DNA from: Bacteroidota bacterium
GTDB taxonomy: Bacteria; Bacteroidota; Bacteroidia; Chitinophagales; CAIODY01
DNA: 64,000 nt
Assembly: GCA_046051225.1 (NCBI GenBank)
Contig: JBJOOR010000007.1
Span: 19,307-83,306 of the forward strand
Reading direction: 5' to 3'
This document shows, piece after piece, positions 59,306 to 64,000 of this stretch. The position numbers and the translations under genes were made by a program. Below the pieces are notes generated by a model, which worked only from the letters and a program-made list of their open reading frames with translations, was not told the origin of the DNA and searched no databases. The stretch's first letter is position 1. The number at the start of each line of letters is the position of its first letter.

Positions 59306-60382
59306 ATGAACTACAAAATAACATTCAATAATAAAAGTGCTCCGTTTATGGCAGCACTCAACGAAAAAGTAAACACTTATTTTTCTGGAAATCAAATTGC
59401 AAAAACTGGCAACTGGAAAATATTTACTAAGTCACTTGTTTTATTTCCAACGCATATTGCTTTATATGTTTTGATGGTGTCGTTGCATTTGGGTTTTGTA
59501 TATAATTTAGTTGCTGCGATTCTACTGGGATTTACATCAGCGTTAATTGGATTCAATGCGATGCATGATGGCTCACACGGTAGTTATTCGAAAAATAAAA
59601 CCGTTAATTTATTGATGGGTTACTCGTTAAATTTATTAGGTGGCGAAGCTTATTTCTGGAGAACCAAGCATAATGTTCTTCATCATACTTACACCAATAT
59701 TTCAGGTTTAGATGATGACATTGAAAAGCATCCTTTGTTTCGTTTTTGTGAACAACAAGAAAGAAGATGGTTCCATCGCTTTCAACATGTATATTGGATT
59801 TTCCTTTATCCATTGTCATCAATTTTTTGGATATACATTGCAGATTATAAAAAATATTTTTCAGGTAAAATAATAGGCGAATACAAGTATCCAAAAATGA
59901 ATATTGCTGAACATATTACTTTCTGGATAACAAAAATTGCAAACATCTTATTATTCATAGTTCTACCTATTTACACAATTGGATTAATGCCTGCTTTAGT
60001 TTGTTTTTTTACTATGCATTTTGTTTTGAGTGTAACTCTAACAATTGTTTTTCAGTTAGCACATGCAGTTGAAAGAACTTCATTTGGAAGTATTGAAGAA
60101 GGTAATATTGAAAAAGAATGGGCTGTTCATCAAATTGAAACCACAGCAGATTTTGCTCCAAAAAGCAAACTATTGGCTTGGCTTTTAGGTGGTCTAAATT
60201 TTCAAGTTGAACATCATTTATTTCCAAAAATTTCCCATGTTCATTATCCAGCATTAAACAAGTTTATTAAAGAAACTTGTTTGCAATTCAATATTACATA
60301 TATTGAAAATAAAACTTTTTTCGGAGCATTTTGCTCTCATATTTTGTATTTAAAAAAATTAGGAACCAATCAAATAGTATAA
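59306..60382 (+). CDS. membrane fatty-acid desaturase family protein
   Basis: Three His boxes: HDGSHG, HNVLHH and QVEHHLFP. Several TM segments. Confidence 0.85.
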   Translation: MNYKITFNNKSAPFMAALNEKVNTYFSGNQIAKTGNWKIFTKSLVLFPTHIALYVLMVSLHLGFVYNLVAAILLGFTSALIGFNAMHDGSHGSYSKNKTVNLLMGYSLNLLGGEAYFWRTKHNVLHHTYTNISGLDDDIEKHPLFRFCEQQERRWFHRFQHVYWIFLYPLSSIFWIYIADYKKYFSGKIIGEYKYPKMNIAEHITFWITKIANILLFIVLPIYTIGLMPALVCFFTMHFVLSVTLTIVFQLAHAVERTSFGSIEEGNIEKEWAVHQIETTADFAPKSKLLAWLLGGLNFQVEHHLFPKISHVHYPALNKFIKETCLQFNITYIENKTFFGAFCSHILYLKKLGTNQIV

Positions 60383-60428
60383 AATAAAAATTACTTCTTC
60401 ATCATTAAATAACAATAAAAAGTAGGTC

Positions 60429-61208
60429 ATGGAATTTATTAATATTGAATTATTGAACGAAAAATTAGATGAAATAAAAAAAGATTTTCATTCTAAAAAA
60501 CCTTTCAAATACACTATGCTAGAGGGAATATTTAAACCCGAAGCAGCAGAATTAATTTACAATGCCTATCCAAAAATTGGTGATTCTAATTGGAATAACA
60601 CAACCTATCTCGACCAAAAAAACAAGTTTGTAAAAACAGAATTTGAAAAAAATTCTATCCTTGATAAAGTTTTTAATGAGTTAAATAGTGAAGAATATTG
60701 CTGTTGGCTATCAAAGGTTTCGGAAATTGATGAATTGATGGGCGACCCTGAATTGTTTGGTGCTGGCTTACATCAATCCATCAAAGGTGCTTTTTTAAAT
60801 GTGCACGTGGATTATAATATTCATCCAAAAACAAAATATCATCGCCGTTTGAATTGTATTCTTTTCATGAATAAAGATTGGAAAGATGAATATGAAGGAC
60901 ACACAGAGTTTTGGGATTTAACAGCAAACGAAATGAAATATATGGGAAGATTTGCACCCACATTCAATCGTATGGTAATGTTTGAAACAAATGAAATTTC
61001 GTTTCACGGACATCCTAAAAAATTAAATACCCCTGATGGAATCAATAGAAAATCTATTGCTGTTTATTATTACACCAAGGACAGAAATGATATTATAAGT
61101 GCTCCTGAACACAATACAATTTATGTAAATACAGAAGGCGTTTCGGGAAGTGTAAAAAGAATCAACTCTGGTATTAAAGCATTTTTAGAAAGAATTAATA
61201 AAAATTAA
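60429..61208 (+). CDS. 2OG-Fe(II) oxygenase family protein
   Basis: 259 aa. HVDYN (HxD) and distal FHGHP motifs with a double-stranded beta-helix-like pattern. Confidence 0.65.
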   Translation: MEFINIELLNEKLDEIKKDFHSKKPFKYTMLEGIFKPEAAELIYNAYPKIGDSNWNNTTYLDQKNKFVKTEFEKNSILDKVFNELNSEEYCCWLSKVSEIDELMGDPELFGAGLHQSIKGAFLNVHVDYNIHPKTKYHRRLNCILFMNKDWKDEYEGHTEFWDLTANEMKYMGRFAPTFNRMVMFETNEISFHGHPKKLNTPDGINRKSIAVYYYTKDRNDIISAPEHNTIYVNTEGVSGSVKRINSGIKAFLERINKN

Positions 61209-61212
61209 AATC

Positions 61213-62157
61213 ATGACTGACGAGCAAAAATTAGCAAAATTTGAAGCCCGAATTTTAGCAGGCGAAAAAATAGAACCCAAAGACTGGATGCCTGAAGCAT
61301 ACAGCAAAACCTTGTTGCGTCAGATGTCGCAGCATGCACACTCTGAAGTGATTGGTATGCAACCAGAAGGCAACTGGGTGTTAAGAGCGCCATCTTTAAG
61401 AGCTAAAAAAATCTTATTGGCAAAAATTCAGGATGAAGGTGGGCACGGTTTATATCTCTATTCAGCGGCTGAAACTTTTGGAATTGACAGAGCCGAAATG
61501 ATAGAACAATTGCAAACTGGCAAAGCAAAATATTCAAGCGTATTTAATTATCCAACATTGAATTGGGCTGACATTGGAGCAATTGGTTGGTTGGTGGATG
61601 GCGCTGCAATTGTGAATCAAACAATGTTGGCAAAATGTTCTTATGGCCCATATTCAAGAGCGATGATTCGCATTTGTAAAGAAGAAGGTTTTCATCAACG
61701 TCAGGGTTATGAAATCATGGCGAAAATGATGACAGGAACTGCGGCACAAAAAGAAATGGCACAAGATGCAATGAACCGTTGGTGGTGGCCTGCATTGATG
61801 ATGTTCGGTCCTCATGATTCTGAATCAGTGCATACTTCCGAATCGATGCGTTGGAAAATTAAAGTGGAAAGCAATGATAAATTACGTCAGCGTTTTGTCA
61901 ACAGAACGGTTGAACAAGCCTATCACATTGGTTTAACGGTGCCTGATACAAATCTGAAATACAATAAGGAAACTATGAACTGGGAATTTAGCGAAATAAA
62001 TTGGGATGAGTTTTGGGCAGTTGTAAAAGGTAATGGTCCTTGCAATCATCAGCGCATGGCGCATCACATCAAGTATCACAACGAAGGTGCTTGGGTTCGT
62101 GAAGCGGCTTTGGCTTATGAAAAGAAGCAAAATAAAAATCAAACCACTTTGAATTAA
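61213..62157 (+). CDS. paaA: 1,2-phenylacetyl-CoA epoxidase subunit A
   Basis: 314 aa. Di-iron ligand motifs ([16 protein letters not shown]) and overall PaaA-like sequence. Confidence 0.92.
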   Translation: MTDEQKLAKFEARILAGEKIEPKDWMPEAYSKTLLRQMSQHAHSEVIGMQPEGNWVLRAPSLRAKKILLAKIQDEGGHGLYLYSAAETFGIDRAEMIEQLQTGKAKYSSVFNYPTLNWADIGAIGWLVDGAAIVNQTMLAKCSYGPYSRAMIRICKEEGFHQRQGYEIMAKMMTGTAAQKEMAQDAMNRWWWPALMMFGPHDSESVHTSESMRWKIKVESNDKLRQRFVNRTVEQAYHIGLTVPDTNLKYNKETMNWEFSEINWDEFWAVVKGNGPCNHQRMAHHIKYHNEGAWVREAALAYEKKQNKNQTTLN

Positions 62158-62192
62158 TCATCGAAAAAAGTTTTAAAAAAATAAAGGTAGAA

Positions 62193-62275
62193 TGCTGCTG
62201 CGGCAGGGATTGCAGTGGAAATCCTTTTGTGAGGAACGAACAAAAGATTGAAACGGAAAGCCCGAAAGCCGCCCC
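62193..62275 (+). repeat. GC-rich structured insert in the paaA-paaB spacer
   Basis: Stems ggatt / aatcc and cttttgt / acaaaag. Direct half-repeats gattgcagtggaaatcc and gattgaaacggaaagcc. Composition is clearly GC-richer than the surroundings. Confidence 0.4.
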
Positions 62276-62304
62276 AAAAAAATAAATTTCAAAACGTAAA
62301 AATT

Positions 62305-62598
62305 ATGTCGAACAACAACAATCAATTCCCACAGTGGGAAGTTTTTATTCAGGAAAAAAGTGGCAGCGCATTTGAACATGCAGGCAGTGTGCATGCTACG
62401 GATAAAAAAATGGCGTTGCAAAATGCACGAGATATTTACACCCGAAGAAATGAGGGCAGAGCCTTGTGGGTGGTGATGACGGACAATATTGCATCAACAA
62501 CTCGTGATGACGAAGAAGAATTTTTCGACCCTTCGGAAGATAAAATTTATCGTACGCCCAACTTTTATAAAATGCCAGCAGGCACTACCAATCTATAA
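62305..62598 (+). CDS. paaB: 1,2-phenylacetyl-CoA epoxidase subunit B
   Basis: 97 aa from ATG 62305. WEVFIQEKSGSAFEHAGSVHA.D...AL.NARDIYTRR is canonical PaaB. The longer ORF start lies inside the GC-rich insert. Confidence 0.9.
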   Translation: MSNNNNQFPQWEVFIQEKSGSAFEHAGSVHATDKKMALQNARDIYTRRNEGRALWVVMTDNIASTTRDDEEEFFDPSEDKIYRTPNFYKMPAGTTNL

Positions 62599-62616
62599 TT
62601 CAACAACAAATTTATC

Positions 62617-63375
62617 ATGAACACAAAAGAAGCTTTGTATAATTTCTGTTTGAGAGTAGCCGACAATAATATTGTTTTAGGTCAGCGATTGGCTGAATGG
62701 TGTAGCCGTGGTCCAATTCTGGAAGAAGATTTAGCCATGACCAATATTTCGTTAGATTTATTTGGCGAAGCTGAAAGTATGTATGAATATGCTACCACAT
62801 TGGTCAACAACAATTCATCTGCTGACCATTTAGCATTTTTAAGAAGCGAAAGAGAATATTGTAACAACTTGTTGGTGGAACAGCCCAATGGTGATTTTGC
62901 ACAAACGATGATGAAACAAGTTTTGTTTTCTGCATTTGCAAAACACTTGTATGAAGCTTTATGCAATAGCAATGATGAAACATTGAAAGGCTTGGCTGCA
63001 AAAGCTTTGAAAGAAACAAAATATCATTTGCGACATAGCAGCGAATGGATTATTCGCTTTGGTAATGGCACTGAAGAAAGCATGCGCCGAGTGCAATTTG
63101 CATTGAATGAATTGTGGCGTTTTACTGATGATATGTTTGTGATGAATGAAGTGGATGAAGAATTAATTTCAATGGGCATCAGTATTAATCTAAATGATAT
63201 TCAGGCTAAATGGAAATTCACAATCAGTGAAATATTTGCTGAAGCTAATTTGCAAATGCCCGAATCAACTAACATCATCAAAGGTGGCAGCAAAGGCATT
63301 CATACCGAGCATTTAGGACATTTACTTTGCGAAATGCAATACTTGCAACGTGCACATCCAGATGCTACATGGTAA
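62617..63375 (+). CDS. paaC: phenylacetate-CoA oxygenase subunit PaaC
   Basis: 252 aa. L.VADNNIVLGQRLAEW....P.LEEDLA..NI.LDL.G pattern typical of PaaC (PaaI in older naming). Confidence 0.88.
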   Translation: MNTKEALYNFCLRVADNNIVLGQRLAEWCSRGPILEEDLAMTNISLDLFGEAESMYEYATTLVNNNSSADHLAFLRSEREYCNNLLVEQPNGDFAQTMMKQVLFSAFAKHLYEALCNSNDETLKGLAAKALKETKYHLRHSSEWIIRFGNGTEESMRRVQFALNELWRFTDDMFVMNEVDEELISMGISINLNDIQAKWKFTISEIFAEANLQMPESTNIIKGGSKGIHTEHLGHLLCEMQYLQRAHPDATW

Positions 63376-63463
63376 TTTTTTTTAACTAAAAGTGAATCTA
63401 ATCATTCATAAATTATTTCAAGCAATAGCAAAACTTGCTCAAATAGTATTTCTCACTTTAACC

Positions 63464-63506
63464 AAACGCTGCAATAAAATTTTAATTTTTATTGCAGCGT
63501 TTTTTA
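63464..63506 (+). terminator. rho-independent terminator after paaC
   Basis: Stem of ~15 bp, aaacgctgcaataaa / tttattgcagcgttt, followed by a T-run. Confidence 0.85.
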
Positions 63507-63597
63507 TTTAGTGATAACAGTCATTTTCAAAAATAACTTTCCTCATAAAAATAACTTGCTACAACATTCAATTTTGACTTAATAAAAATAACAGGTT

Positions 63598-64000
63598 ATG
63601 ACAAATCAAAAAAGTCTTTTTAAAATCGTTCTTTTTGCTTTAACAGTAATTTATGTTGGTGTTGTGTTTGCACAAAAACGTGCAGCTTGGACTGCTCCAA
63701 CGGCTGATGCTGCTAAAAAAAATCCGATAGCTGCAACACCTGCATCTATTGCTGAAGGTAAAAAATTGTACGACCAAAATTGTTCGCCTTGTCATGGTAT
63801 GAAAGGTAAAGGCGATGGTGCTGCTGCGGCAGGTTTAACCATCAAACCAGCTAATCATACTTCACCTGAAATTCAAAGTCAGACAGATGGCACTTTATTT
63901 TGGATGATTACAACTGGTAGAAATCCGATGCCGACTTACAAAGCTGTGTTCACTGAAAATCAACGCTGGGCAATGGTGAATTACATCCGCACTTTGGCTG
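63598..64000 (+). CDS. class I c-type cytochrome (3' end beyond the window)
   Basis: ATG 63598 is followed by a signal peptide (MTNQKSLFKIVLFALTVIYVGVVFAQ). Haem site CSPCHG and distal MPTY Met ligand region. The frame is open to the window end. Confidence 0.75.
   Translation, partial: MTNQKSLFKIVLFALTVIYVGVVFAQKRAAWTAPTADAAKKNPIAATPASIAEGKKLYDQNCSPCHGMKGKGDGAAAAGLTIKPANHTSPEIQSQTDGTLFWMITTGRNPMPTYKAVFTENQRWAMVNYIRTLA

Overview
AT-rich chromosomal segment, almost certainly Bacteroidota. Evidence for that: T9SS type A and type B C-terminal sorting domains, a PorP/SprF gene, a fused ccoNO, TAnnTTTG -7 promoter boxes about 20-25 nt upstream of starts, and no Shine-Dalgarno sequences. Gene content in order: (1) envelope genes: DUF5683, trpS, amidase, LptD-like protein, epimerase, glycosyltransferase. 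(2) A T9SS cargo block: a Kelch-repeat type A CTD protein, then an OmpA-family protein, PorP/SprF and a 2966-aa type B CTD adhesin. (3) groES-groEL. (4) glmM, rpsP, rpmI-rplT, two FKBP isomerase genes, nhaA, and a TonB-dependent receptor broken by a single in-frame TAG. (5) ald and an agmatinase-family gene. (6) nuoABCDEF only, with a DUF2281/PIN toxin-antitoxin pair between nuoE and nuoF. (7) A universal stress protein and a complete minus-strand cbb3 oxidase cluster: ccoI, ccoS, ccoNO, ccoQ, ccoP, ccoG, fixH. (8) A tryptophanase-like lyase, an ArsR/SRPBCC/VOC operon, an orphan Cys-motif protein and a DinB-like protein. (9) hmgA, hppD, a desaturase, a 2OG oxygenase, paaABC and a partial cytochrome c. 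No rRNA, tRNA, CRISPR array, transposase or integrase was recognised. The less ordinary signals are all non-coding or organisational. They are: a candidate CRP/FNR-type box (TGA-N6-TCA core) at a fixed 51.5-bp offset from -7 boxes of usp, ccoG and ccoS-ccoNO; a family of heptamer-repeat palindromic elements in the groES leader, groEL trailer and nuoB-nuoC spacer; two inverted copies of a roughly 160-bp MITE-like element inside operons; a nested-helix element between ccoQ and ccoP; a 21-bp-periodic iteron-like array in a 530-bp gene-free gap; a ccoI N-terminal Cys motif with no canonical start codon; and paired ArsR-type operators. All calls rest on reading the sequence and the ORF translations; no database searches were run.
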